Below are positions 40,000 to 48,920 of a stretch of DNA of 64,000 bases, piece by piece. This DNA is from a virus. Position numbers and translations under genes: made by a program. The notes beneath the pieces are model-generated. The model had not been told where the DNA came from. It made no database searches and worked only from the letters and a program-made list of their open reading frames with translations. The stretch spans positions 25,960 through 89,959 of the IMG/VR virus record IMGVR_UViG_3300032242_001235. One strand, 5' to 3'. Numbering within the stretch: position 1 is the stretch's first letter; every line of letters begins with the position of its first letter.

Positions 40000-40005
40000 A
40001 GTATT

Positions 40006-41208
40006 ATGTATATTGAAGACTTAATATCAACTATTGTTGAATCAAATGTTGCTGTAAATCGAAACGATCAACCGATTGTTTATAGTTTTTACGATCAAAT
40101 TAATTCTGGAACTGGGTTTACTGAAAAGCAAACCCAGTTAGCATTGCGAATTCTTAATAGATATGTTGTTGCAATTTCTAATAAAGAAAAAAGAGACATA
40201 TCTCCATTTTTAGAAAATCCAACATATCGTTTATCTGTTAGAAAAACCATAACTAACAAAACTGTCAATATTATTTCTGATACAGTATACGGAAAAGCGA
40301 TTGAAGTTAAATTTCCATACGATGACCAATTTGTATCCGAGATTCGCAAATACAGAATATCGAATACAGTAACTGATCAAACTCCAATTGGTATCAATTG
40401 GGATAAAGAGAAAACTGCTTGGATTTTTTCACTGACAGAATCAAATATACAGTTTTTGAATGATCTTTTTAGCACCAGCGCATTTGAGTATGACGAAGAA
40501 TTTCAAAAATATTGTGACGACTCAAATAAAATTTTGAATGAAATGGAAAATTATGCACCAATGTTGGCATTGCATGATAATGTGTTGACTTTCCAAAATT
40601 CCCCCAGAAATTTACCGAAAATTGAGACCGAAAATATCCTGGAAGCACTGTTTGTGGCTAGACGATGTGGCATAACATTGTGGGATGATTACATTGATGC
40701 ATACATCAACAGCCCAGAGTTCAACCCCATCACTAGAACATTTTTAAAAAATCCATTATCCACATCAATCAACTTAAAACCCGAAAATAATGACATTTCT
40801 TGCTTAGAAAGCATTGTAAAATATCTTGGACCCAGTTTGTTTATTATCCCAGGTGGCGCAGAATATGAAACTGTTAACAGAGCATATACCATGTTAAGGG
40901 GTATGGGTATGGAAGATAAAAACATGAGCGTTTTGTTCAGATTACCGAGCGAAACTGGCAGAAATTTCAACGAATTTGTCAAAAATCAGTCATTAAATGG
41001 GCCAATTTCAGATCAAACTAAAGTGGTATTTGTCAGTGGCAAATTGCCTAAAACCATACTAACAGCGGGTATTAAGTTCAATAGTATAATAAACTTTGGA
41101 TTTGATAATGCCCATTACACACTAAAAGAACTCGCTAAAAATCACCCAAATTTGGTGTATTTTGATGTGAAGAGCATTTCCAGAGGATACAATTTTGTCC
41201 GCTTGTAA
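40006..41208 (+). CDS. Hypothetical protein upstream of uvsW
   Basis: 400-aa ORF; start moved from TTG 39991 to ATG 40006; 'VKFPYD...I....WDKEKTAWIF' may be a HARP-like motif (inference). Confidence 0.6.
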   Translation: MYIEDLISTIVESNVAVNRNDQPIVYSFYDQINSGTGFTEKQTQLALRILNRYVVAISNKEKRDISPFLENPTYRLSVRKTITNKTVNIISDTVYGKAIEVKFPYDDQFVSEIRKYRISNTVTDQTPIGINWDKEKTAWIFSLTESNIQFLNDLFSTSAFEYDEEFQKYCDDSNKILNEMENYAPMLALHDNVLTFQNSPRNLPKIETENILEALFVARRCGITLWDDYIDAYINSPEFNPITRTFLKNPLSTSINLKPENNDISCLESIVKYLGPSLFIIPGGAEYETVNRAYTMLRGMGMEDKNMSVLFRLPSETGRNFNEFVKNQSLNGPISDQTKVVFVSGKLPKTILTAGIKFNSIINFGFDNAHYTLKELAKNHPNLVYFDVKSISRGYNFVRL

Positions 41209-42688
41209 AATTATAATTAAAGACGAAGTGAACATTAAGATTGAAAATTTGGATCTTGATACACGCAAAGCATTGGTTAAAAAGTTTAAGTACGAAGACC
41301 CCACTGCGAGGTACAGACCAGCATATAAACTGGGTAGATGGGACGGCACAGTGAGCTTTTTTGGACTGGGCGGAACTACCTATTTGAGTATGCTTCCACA
41401 AGTATTAGAGTATTTGGAAAGCCGTAACTTCTACATTGAAGTAGAAGATCAACGCAGAAGTGGTGCCCTAGAATTTGAGGCAATTTCGACGGATTTTTGG
41501 GGTGATAGCACATGGCCAGTGGGTCATAGATTTGCTGGTCAACCTATTAGACTTCGTGAAGATCAAGTGGAAGTTATTAATAAGTTTTTAGAAAATCCTC
41601 AATGTATTCAAGAAATTGCAACAGGTTTTGGTAAGACAATTACCACTGCAACTTTGGCAAAAATCTGTGAAAAATACGGTCGAACAATAACCATTGTACC
41701 CAACAAATCACTTGTTGAACAAACGGAAGAAGACTTCATTAATTGTGGTTTAGATGTTGGCGTCTATTATGGTGACAGAAAAAACCTTGATAAAACACAC
41801 ACTATCTGCACTTGGCAAAGTTTGAACATTTTGGACAAAAAATCCAAAGAATTTGACGGTGATGAAGAGCTATTAAAACTGGCAGAATTGTTGGACGGTG
41901 TTCAATGTGTAATGGTTGATGAAGTTCATATGGCCAAAGCAGAAGTTTTAAAGACATTGTTAACACGCAATCTTGCATATGCTCCAATTCGTTGGGGATT
42001 GACAGGAACAGTGCCAAAAGCAGACCATGAATTCCAAAGTATTAAGGCAAGTTTAGGTGAAGTAGTAAATCATGTGTATGCACATGAGCTTCAAGATGCA
42101 GGCGTATTAAGTACATGTCATGTAAATATTGTCCAGACCGCTGAGTGGAAAGAATTTGGCAGTTACGCAGAAGAATTGAAATATCTAGTTACTGATCCTG
42201 ATAGAATGTCATACATCAGCAAAACAATTAAAGATATTTCTGCTACAGGAAATACACTAGTTTTAGTTAATAGAATTGAAAGTGGAAAATTCCTACAAAC
42301 ACATCTAACTGAATTATTTGGTGCATCAACTGATGCGCTAGATGTAGCATTTATATCAGGCGAAGTAAAAACAAAAGATAGAAAAGAAGAATACGATGAA
42401 GTTAAAACTAGTACTAACAAGATTATTGTGGCGACTTACGGTGTGGCCGCTGTGGGTATTAATATCCCCCGTATTTTTAATCTGGTTCTTTTGGAGCCCG
42501 GAAAGAGCTTTGTCCGCGTTATCCAATCTATTGGCCGAGGCATTAGAAAAGCAGACGACAAAGACTTCGTACAAATCTGGGATATAACGGCTGCATCAAA
42601 ATATGCTAAACGACATCTTACAGAACGCAAAAAGTACTACAAAGATGCAAAGTACCCATTCACAATAACAAAGGTAAAATACCAATAA
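41195..42688 (+). CDS. uvsW: SF2 DNA helicase (UvsW-like)
   Basis: 'RWDG', Walker A ATGFGKT, DEVH, 'GLTGT', 'QSIGRGIR'; TTG start with GAGGA RBS. Confidence 0.92.
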   Translation: MSACKIIIKDEVNIKIENLDLDTRKALVKKFKYEDPTARYRPAYKLGRWDGTVSFFGLGGTTYLSMLPQVLEYLESRNFYIEVEDQRRSGALEFEAISTDFWGDSTWPVGHRFAGQPIRLREDQVEVINKFLENPQCIQEIATGFGKTITTATLAKICEKYGRTITIVPNKSLVEQTEEDFINCGLDVGVYYGDRKNLDKTHTICTWQSLNILDKKSKEFDGDEELLKLAELLDGVQCVMVDEVHMAKAEVLKTLLTRNLAYAPIRWGLTGTVPKADHEFQSIKASLGEVVNHVYAHELQDAGVLSTCHVNIVQTAEWKEFGSYAEELKYLVTDPDRMSYISKTIKDISATGNTLVLVNRIESGKFLQTHLTELFGASTDALDVAFISGEVKTKDRKEEYDEVKTSTNKIIVATYGVAAVGINIPRIFNLVLLEPGKSFVRVIQSIGRGIRKADDKDFVQIWDITAASKYAKRHLTERKKYYKDAKYPFTITKVKYQ

Positions 42689-43191
42689 TGCAGATCCTAA
42701 CTTTAGAAAATACAACATACTATCTCAATGACCTTCCTGAAGAAATTGATGAAGATTTACGATTTGCAGTTTTAGATAACAGCGACAGTGCTAATCCTGA
42801 TCACTTTTTCATCCCATTAATCTTTTTAGAAAGTTTTACTGGTCCCGCAGTTGTATTAAAAATTGGACCACATGAACTTACAATGCCATTAGATTGGTGT
42901 ACAATTGTAGGCGATCCAGAAGGTCCAGATATGGAAGTACTACCACTTACAAGTTTAAATGACCGTGGATTTAAAACATTTTGTTTCAATCCTCGCAGCA
43001 GTTTTAGACCAGAATTCCTAGACATTGATATTATCGATGTGTATCAAGATGTTAAATGGTATTTCCCTAAGATGCGTCCTGGACAACTGCTATGCACACC
43101 TTTGGAACCTGGTCCAGAACCTAGATGTGCTTATTTTGTTAAAGAAGTAAGCCGCCAAAGCGAGATTGTTGATTATACAAAGTGCTGGTAA
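42688..43191 (+). CDS. Conserved-looking hypothetical protein, beta-rich
   Basis: 167 aa, TAATG coupling to uvsW. Confidence 0.6.
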   Translation: MQILTLENTTYYLNDLPEEIDEDLRFAVLDNSDSANPDHFFIPLIFLESFTGPAVVLKIGPHELTMPLDWCTIVGDPEGPDMEVLPLTSLNDRGFKTFCFNPRSSFRPEFLDIDIIDVYQDVKWYFPKMRPGQLLCTPLEPGPEPRCAYFVKEVSRQSEIVDYTKCW

Positions 43192-43192
43192 T

Positions 43193-43489
43193 ATGGGATC
43201 ATTAACGCCTGGCGTAACTTACATATATGAACGAGCTAATGGTGTGTACTATGCTAGAGAAGCTGGTGCAGATCCATCGACTAGGAAACCAGTTGGCTTT
43301 GACTTTGATTATGATCCTAGAACTAGTGATGGTCGACCATTACACGAACATTTAAAAGACGATCAATTGTGGGGTGCAATTCGTCGAGCAGCAAAGACTG
43401 ATCCTGTATTGCAAAAAGCACTAGATCAGTGTATAATAATTTATCACCTAAGTAAAGATAAACATGGCAACAGCGGCACCGAAACTTGA
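43193..43489 (+). CDS. Hypothetical protein
   Basis: ATG at 43193 (MGSLTPGVTYIYER) directly after the previous stop. Confidence 0.6.
   Translation: MGSLTPGVTYIYERANGVYYAREAGADPSTRKPVGFDFDYDPRTSDGRPLHEHLKDDQLWGAIRRAAKTDPVLQKALDQCIIIYHLSKDKHGNSGTET
43409..43437 (+). promoter_or_regulatory. Sigma70-type internal promoter
   Basis: TTGCAA, 17 bp, TATAAT (43432-43437), upstream of the gp62-like gene. Confidence 0.6.
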
Positions 43490-43934
43490 TATTAAAAAAG
43501 TACTAGCAGCAGTGGATCGTAAAGATTATGATTTTTATGATAACCTAACTCCTGAAGAACAAAAGGCATTTAGCCCCTATATGCTAATGCGCTATACATC
43601 CAATGTACAAGGCGATAGAGATACACAAGAATGGTTTATTGAAATGACAAACGAAATGGTTAATAAAAATCATTTTGATTTAAGTAAAGATCATAAAGCA
43701 TTATTATGGAAATTGTATGCCGCAACTGGTGCAGGTATTAGCTGTTACCATCCTTACCTAGCTGAAGGTAAGAAAGACAAAGCACATAAAATTGAAAAAC
43801 TATTATGTGAACTACATCCCGCAATGAAAATGTCTGATATTAAACTTCTTGCCAGTATGATGGATAAGAAAGATTGCGAAGAATTATTTGATAAAATGGG
43901 ATTTGACAAAAAACAAAGGAAAGAATATGAGTGA
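43464..43934 (+). CDS. Clamp loader small subunit-like protein (T4 gp62-like)
   Basis: 'FSPYMLMRYTS...NE.VN' resembles the gp62 YxPFxxNRxLS...N signature; size and context fit. Confidence 0.55.
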   Translation: MATAAPKLDIKKVLAAVDRKDYDFYDNLTPEEQKAFSPYMLMRYTSNVQGDRDTQEWFIEMTNEMVNKNHFDLSKDHKALLWKLYAATGAGISCYHPYLAEGKKDKAHKIEKLLCELHPAMKMSDIKLLASMMDKKDCEELFDKMGFDKKQRKEYE

Positions 43935-44658
43935 TTTAAGTTTTTTAAGAGAACAATACCAAACATTTAGTGAATTGGTATTAAAAACACAAGTTCGACA
44001 TCAAGTCCCGTCAGTATGTTGTTCACTAGATGACAATATATCTAGCGACTATTTGTTTGATTTGATATTGTCTGCAATTGCTACGGCACATAAAACCCCA
44101 ATTGAAAATATTAATGATACAATTGGTGATGGGATATTTTTTAATGTGTTTCCTGGCGAACACTATCGATTGTTGAATGGTATTGTAAAATATATGCAAC
44201 CAAAGATAGCAGTTGAAGTTGGTACATTTACTGGCATGGGTACCAAGTCACTAGTGCAAAGTATCGGTGATGGTACAGTGCATACATTTGACATTATCCC
44301 GTGGAATGAATTTATTACACACCTGACACCAGAAGATTTTGAATCCAACAAAGTTGTACAACACTTGTCTGACTTATCAATTAGAGAAGAATTTGAAAAG
44401 CATCGTGATTTGCTAAATGCCGCAGATATTATTTTTGTCGATGCACCTAAAGATGGCGTCTTTGAATATGTATTCATCCCAATGTTGCAACAGTTGGATG
44501 CCAAAGAAGGTAAAATATTGATTTTTGATGATATCCGATTTGTTAATACCATTGACATGTGGAACAGTATTAAATCTCCTAAATTAGATATCACATCCTT
44601 TGGTCACTTTACTGGAACTGGAATTGTAGATATTAGCCAACCATTGCGATATGAGTAA
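43927..44658 (+). CDS. Class I SAM-dependent O-methyltransferase (Methyltransf_24-like)
   Basis: 'VEVGTFTG', 'IFVDAPK', 'LIFDDI'; start moved from 43888 to ATG 43927. Confidence 0.85.
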   Translation: MSDLSFLREQYQTFSELVLKTQVRHQVPSVCCSLDDNISSDYLFDLILSAIATAHKTPIENINDTIGDGIFFNVFPGEHYRLLNGIVKYMQPKIAVEVGTFTGMGTKSLVQSIGDGTVHTFDIIPWNEFITHLTPEDFESNKVVQHLSDLSIREEFEKHRDLLNAADIIFVDAPKDGVFEYVFIPMLQQLDAKEGKILIFDDIRFVNTIDMWNSIKSPKLDITSFGHFTGTGIVDISQPLRYE

Positions 44659-45349
44659 TAAATTAGCGCCACAACCTTACAAATGTGTACATTGTAATAA
44701 GAGTTTTATGCACGGTAAAACTCTTGTGGCGCATATGTGTGAGCGCAAGCGTAGGGCACTGCAACAAAATGAAAAGCGTGTCCAAGCTGGTTTCATGGCA
44801 TTTAATCGTTTCTGGCAACTGGGACAAGGTGCAAAGAAACCTAAAACTTATGACGAGTTTTGTGATACTGCTTATTACAATGCATTTGTAAAATTTGGTA
44901 GCTTCATTAATAATGTGCGACCCTTGTATCCTGATAAGTTTATTGATTATGTAATTAAGAGTGGTGCTAAGTTAGACAACTGGTGCCGTGATTCTTTATA
45001 TGAGAAATATTTGTATGAAGTGCTAAAGACTGAACCGGTTGAATCGGCAGTACAAAGATCATTACAAACTATGATGGAATGGGGTGATGAGCATAATGCA
45101 AATTTTGCACATTACTTCAGTTATGTAAGTCTTAACAAGTCTGTGCATGATATCAAGAATGGACATATCAGTGCCTGGATAATTTTAAATAGTTCTGATG
45201 GCAAGAAGATGATTCAGACTATGAGCGATGAACAATTAGATATGATTGCTCCAGCATTTGATGTACCATATTGGTTACGCAGATTTAAAGAACTACCAGC
45301 TGATGTTGCTCTAGTAAAAGAAATCTGCAAAGAAGTCGGAATAAAATGA
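44651..45349 (+). CDS. Hypothetical protein with N-terminal C2HC zinc finger
   Basis: YKCVHCNKSFMHGKTLVAHMC fits C-x2-C-x3-F-x5-L-x2-H spacing. Confidence 0.65.
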   Translation: MSNKLAPQPYKCVHCNKSFMHGKTLVAHMCERKRRALQQNEKRVQAGFMAFNRFWQLGQGAKKPKTYDEFCDTAYYNAFVKFGSFINNVRPLYPDKFIDYVIKSGAKLDNWCRDSLYEKYLYEVLKTEPVESAVQRSLQTMMEWGDEHNANFAHYFSYVSLNKSVHDIKNGHISAWIILNSSDGKKMIQTMSDEQLDMIAPAFDVPYWLRRFKELPADVALVKEICKEVGIK

Positions 45350-45726
45350 ACACTAATATAAAAGAATTTTGTAACCATCATAGAATTAATGTGATCGACA
45401 CAAACAAAAGAGCACATCGGTATCACAAAGTTAACATAAAATACTTTAAAGATCCCATGGACTTTAATCGGGTCTATGAAAATGTTGTAGTTGATAGTGA
45501 ACCGTTATATACTGTAGAGATTGCAGAAAGTGAATTAGAAAAAATTGCAAACTTTGAATCTGAAGTGTTTAACAATATGGCCAAGAAAGGACATTATAGA
45601 ATGTTTGAAACACTGATGGAACAGAAAGAACACGAGCGGTATTTGAAAGACAAATACCCAGCAGTAAAAAAAGCATACGAACAATATAGCCTAATGTTAA
45701 AATTGGCTGAAAGTGGAGAACTATGA
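45346..45726 (+). CDS. Hypothetical protein
   Basis: 126 aa with ATGA overlaps on both sides. Confidence 0.6.
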   Translation: MNTNIKEFCNHHRINVIDTNKRAHRYHKVNIKYFKDPMDFNRVYENVVVDSEPLYTVEIAESELEKIANFESEVFNNMAKKGHYRMFETLMEQKEHERYLKDKYPAVKKAYEQYSLMLKLAESGEL

Positions 45727-46079
45727 GATTAGATGGATTTGTAGAGAAGGGTTGGGGTTCAGAATTAATCTGGGCAACTAACGACAAATATTGTGGTAAA
45801 ATGTTACGATTTAATACTGGCGCAAAATTCAGTATGCATTTCCACGCAGGCAAAGATGAGACTTGGTATGTACTTGACGGCATGTTCTTTGTTAAAGTAA
45901 TTGATACTAGAACAGCAGAAGAACAAATACACTATCTTAAAGCCGGTGATGTGTGGCATAATCCACCATTGTTGCCGCATCAATTGGTATGTCAGGAAGC
46001 GGGAACTATTATTGAAGTCAGCACACCGGACTCGGTTGAAGACAATTATCGTGTAGGCAAAGGTGATAGTCAAAAATGA
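45723..46079 (+). CDS. Cupin, sugar isomerase/epimerase-like (mannose-6-phosphate isomerase type II-like)
   Basis: 'VEKGWGSELIW', 'SMHFH..KDETWYVL.G', 'PH', 'IEVST'. Confidence 0.75.
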   Translation: MRLDGFVEKGWGSELIWATNDKYCGKMLRFNTGAKFSMHFHAGKDETWYVLDGMFFVKVIDTRTAEEQIHYLKAGDVWHNPPLLPHQLVCQEAGTIIEVSTPDSVEDNYRVGKGDSQK

Positions 46080-46843
46080 AGATCTTAATTACTGGAGACC
46101 AAGGATTTATTGGGCAAAATATGAAAGCTGCCCTAGCTGATCATGACCTAAGATTTTTTGAATGGGGTGAGACTTTTCCCGATGTTACGGGATTAGATTG
46201 GGTCATTCATTTGGGTGCAATTAGTTCTACTACAGAAAAGAATGTAGAACGAGTAATGGAACAAAACTTTGAGTTTAGTCGTTGGTTACTACATCGATGT
46301 GTTGAAAATCGAGTTAATTTTCAATATGCAAGTTCTGCCAGTGTATATGGTTTGAATCAAAACTTTAAAGAAGATGCCCCAGTAAATCCATTAAGTCCAT
46401 ATGCATGGAGCAAATATCTATTTGATCGATATGTCCAAGAAGAACATTGGCCTGAAATCTTTGTACAAGGATTCAGATACTTTAATGTATATGGCCCTCA
46501 TGAAGAACACAAAGGTGGACAAGCTAGTCCATTTACTCAATTTGAAAAGCAAGCCAAAGAAACTGGTGTGATTAAATTGTTTGAAGGTTCAGATCAGTAT
46601 CTACGAGACTTTGTTCCTGTAGAAACAGTATGTCAAGTACACCGTAAATTCTTTGATGTATATGAATCGGGTCTATGGAATGTGGGCACTGGCGAAACTA
46701 TGTCCTTTCAAGAAATTGCAGATTTATATGCAGCAATGTACAATGCCAAGATTGAATACATACCTATGCCGAATGCTGTAAAGAATCAATATCAAACATA
46801 TACCTGTGCTGATCTAACAAGATTGAGTAAACACTATCCATGA
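46076..46843 (+). CDS. hldD: ADP-L-glycero-D-manno-heptose 6-epimerase-like extended SDR
   Basis: TGDQGFIG, 'HLGAISSTTE', 'YASSASVYG', YxxSK, 'GFRYFNVYGPHEEHKG..AS', 'RDFV'. Confidence 0.85.
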   Translation: MKILITGDQGFIGQNMKAALADHDLRFFEWGETFPDVTGLDWVIHLGAISSTTEKNVERVMEQNFEFSRWLLHRCVENRVNFQYASSASVYGLNQNFKEDAPVNPLSPYAWSKYLFDRYVQEEHWPEIFVQGFRYFNVYGPHEEHKGGQASPFTQFEKQAKETGVIKLFEGSDQYLRDFVPVETVCQVHRKFFDVYESGLWNVGTGETMSFQEIADLYAAMYNAKIEYIPMPNAVKNQYQTYTCADLTRLSKHYP

Positions 46844-47235
46844 AAATAGTTGTAAACGGCACCTTTGACATATTGCATCGTGGACATTTGGAAATGCTGC
46901 AATATGCAGCAAGCCTAGGCGATTACTTGTTGGTATGTATAGATACTGACAATAGAGTGTCAGAACTTAAAGGACCAACTCGCCCTGTTAACAATCAGGA
47001 TGACCGTAGGTTTATGTTACAATGTTTAAAAGGTGTTGATGCAGTATGGACTTTTAGTAGTGAGGACGAGTTAGAAGAACTACTGGAAACATACAAACCT
47101 GATATTATGGTCAAGGGTGCTGACTATCAAGGCAAACGAATTGTAGGCGCTCACCTGTGCAAAGAAATTAAATTTTATGAATACCTTGACAACTATTCCA
47201 CAACAAAGCTCATTCAAAGTATTATTGATCGGTGA
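46840..47235 (+). CDS. Heptose-1-phosphate nucleotidyltransferase-like (stand-alone HldE domain II / HldC)
   Basis: 'NGTFDILHRGH', 'LKGPTRPVN', 'PDIMVKGADY', 'YSTTKLI'. Confidence 0.85.
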   Translation: MKIVVNGTFDILHRGHLEMLQYAASLGDYLLVCIDTDNRVSELKGPTRPVNNQDDRRFMLQCLKGVDAVWTFSSEDELEELLETYKPDIMVKGADYQGKRIVGAHLCKEIKFYEYLDNYSTTKLIQSIIDR

Positions 47236-47962
47236 TAGCTGTACTGACACATACAGTATCGGCACTGTAGATAGGTTAAGTCCAGAAGCGCCAGTACCTG
47301 TTTTAAAAATTATTGAAACATACAATGTTCAAGGTATGGCTGCTAATGTACATTTAAATTTAAAAAACTTAGGTATTGAAGCAGACTTTATTACCAATGC
47401 TGAACAAATTACCAAACAAAGATTTATTGACAGACGCTCAGGTCAACACCTACTTAGAGTAGATGATGATGTAAAAGTTAGTCAATGGGCCAGAAACCTT
47501 CCCCTCCCACTTCACGAGTATGACGCAATTGTTATATCAGATTATGATAAGGGTTTTTTAACATACGAATCAATTAGGTATCTAATTGAAATGTCTACTG
47601 GTTATGTATTCATTGATACTAAGAAAAAAGATCTAGCATTCTTTGGAGTGTGTGATAAAGCATATATTAAGATTAATGATTTGGAATCAAAACTAGCAAC
47701 TAGTAGCCCTACAAATTTAATTGTTACTAGAGGTGGCGATGGCGCAGAATATAACGGAAAGATATTTCCGACTAATAAGGTCGAAGTTACTGATGTTTGC
47801 GGATGTGGTGATACTTTCTTATCAGCATTGGCAGTACAATTTCTCTTTACAAAAGACATAGAAAAAGCTATAATATTTGCTAACATAGCCGCAGGTATTA
47901 CTGTACAACATCGCGGTAACTACGCACCATCATACGACGAGATTAGACATGCCGGATATTGA
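47177..47962 (+). CDS. Heptose-7-phosphate kinase-like PfkB kinase (stand-alone HldE domain I / HldA)
   Basis: 'VLLIGD', 'RLSPEAPVPV', 'GMAANV..NL', 'ISDYDKG', 'DVCGCGDTF'. Confidence 0.85.
   Translation: MNTLTTIPQQSSFKVLLIGDSCTDTYSIGTVDRLSPEAPVPVLKIIETYNVQGMAANVHLNLKNLGIEADFITNAEQITKQRFIDRRSGQHLLRVDDDVKVSQWARNLPLPLHEYDAIVISDYDKGFLTYESIRYLIEMSTGYVFIDTKKKDLAFFGVCDKAYIKINDLESKLATSSPTNLIVTRGGDGAEYNGKIFPTNKVEVTDVCGCGDTFLSALAVQFLFTKDIEKAIIFANIAAGITVQHRGNYAPSYDEIRHAGY
47846..47874 (+). promoter_or_regulatory. Sigma70-type internal promoter upstream of the mini-DnaE
   Basis: TTTACA, 17 bp, TATAAT (47869-47874). Confidence 0.55.
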
Positions 47963-48536
47963 TATTGACTTTGTGGATAGAACTAAAGCACTTGATATCA
48001 TCGAGCATATCCCTGCGGCTATTGAACAAAATGGTACTTTTAAAAAGCACAATACTGGTGTGTATTGTACTGCTATCCCGTACAATCCGCTAACCGGAAC
48101 TGCTAGTATTGATTACAAAACTGCTGAACAGCGCGGATATTTTAAGATTGATTTCTTGAATGTTAGCGCATATCAAGGCGTAAGAGACGAAGAACATTTG
48201 ATCCAACTATTGAATACAGAACCATTATGGGATCTATTGGAACAAAAAGATTTTTGTGATTTGATATTCCATATTAATGGATATCACAATTTGGTAGCAC
48301 AGTTAAAGCCAAAGACTATTGAAGAGTTGGCTATGTTTTTGGCATTACTTAGACCTGGTAAGAAGCATCTCGTCCCAGTAGTTAATGAAAAAGGATTCCA
48401 AGAAATCCAAGATGAGATCTGGGTTAAAACGGAAGATGCTTACTACTTTAAGAAAAGTCATGCTGTTGCCTATGCTCATGCTATTGTGGTCCAGATGAAT
48501 TTAATTTGCGAACAGATTAGTTACGGGTACTCTTAG
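47949..48536 (+). CDS. Minimal DNA polymerase III alpha (DnaE, family C) palm/finger module
   Basis: MPDIDIDF, HNTGV, 'GYFKIDFL', 'LALLRPG', 'FKKSHAVAY' in canonical DnaE order within 195 aa. Confidence 0.85.
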   Translation: MPDIDIDFVDRTKALDIIEHIPAAIEQNGTFKKHNTGVYCTAIPYNPLTGTASIDYKTAEQRGYFKIDFLNVSAYQGVRDEEHLIQLLNTEPLWDLLEQKDFCDLIFHINGYHNLVAQLKPKTIEELAMFLALLRPGKKHLVPVVNEKGFQEIQDEIWVKTEDAYYFKKSHAVAYAHAIVVQMNLICEQISYGYS

Positions 48537-48900
48537 GAGCTCTAACTAGTTGTATTGATTTTCGTTTGATACGCTTTTCTGCAATCTCACTTAGATTAAC
48601 ACTGGGGCCAAATACCAATTCAATATCTTTGCTGTTGAATGTTTTTATGATGTATCTAAATGCCTGCATATTCTGTTTCAAGAATATATTAATAGGTATT
48701 TTACGATTACTTTCCCACCACCAAATTTCTCCAAGTTCTAAAAATTTGGCTCGTTCGTCATCAGTCTTAATGACGGAGATGTCGTATATACTGGTCACAA
48801 AGTCATCAAAATTGATGACTATTCCAACATATTCGACATTGTTGGACTTGACGCAGGAGATGAAAGGTATGTTTTCGTGAAGGCTTGGTGTTGATGACAT
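48517..48900 (-). CDS. Hypothetical protein
   Basis: 'WWWESNRKIPINIFL'; reverse-strand TATAAATA at 48939-48946; ATG at 48900 preferred over TTG 48909. Confidence 0.6.
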   Translation of the reverse strand: MSSTPSLHENIPFISCVKSNNVEYVGIVINFDDFVTSIYDISVIKTDDERAKFLELGEIWWWESNRKIPINIFLKQNMQAFRYIIKTFNSKDIELVFGPSVNLSEIAEKRIKRKSIQLVRAPKSTRN

Positions 48901-48920
48901 CTTAATCAATAAATATTACT

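Noticed and set aside
45723-48536. Bacterial chromosomal contamination or prophage boundary at the hld-like/dnaE genes
   Set aside because: The genes overlap their phage neighbours, look compositionally similar and are flanked on both sides by T4-like core genes.
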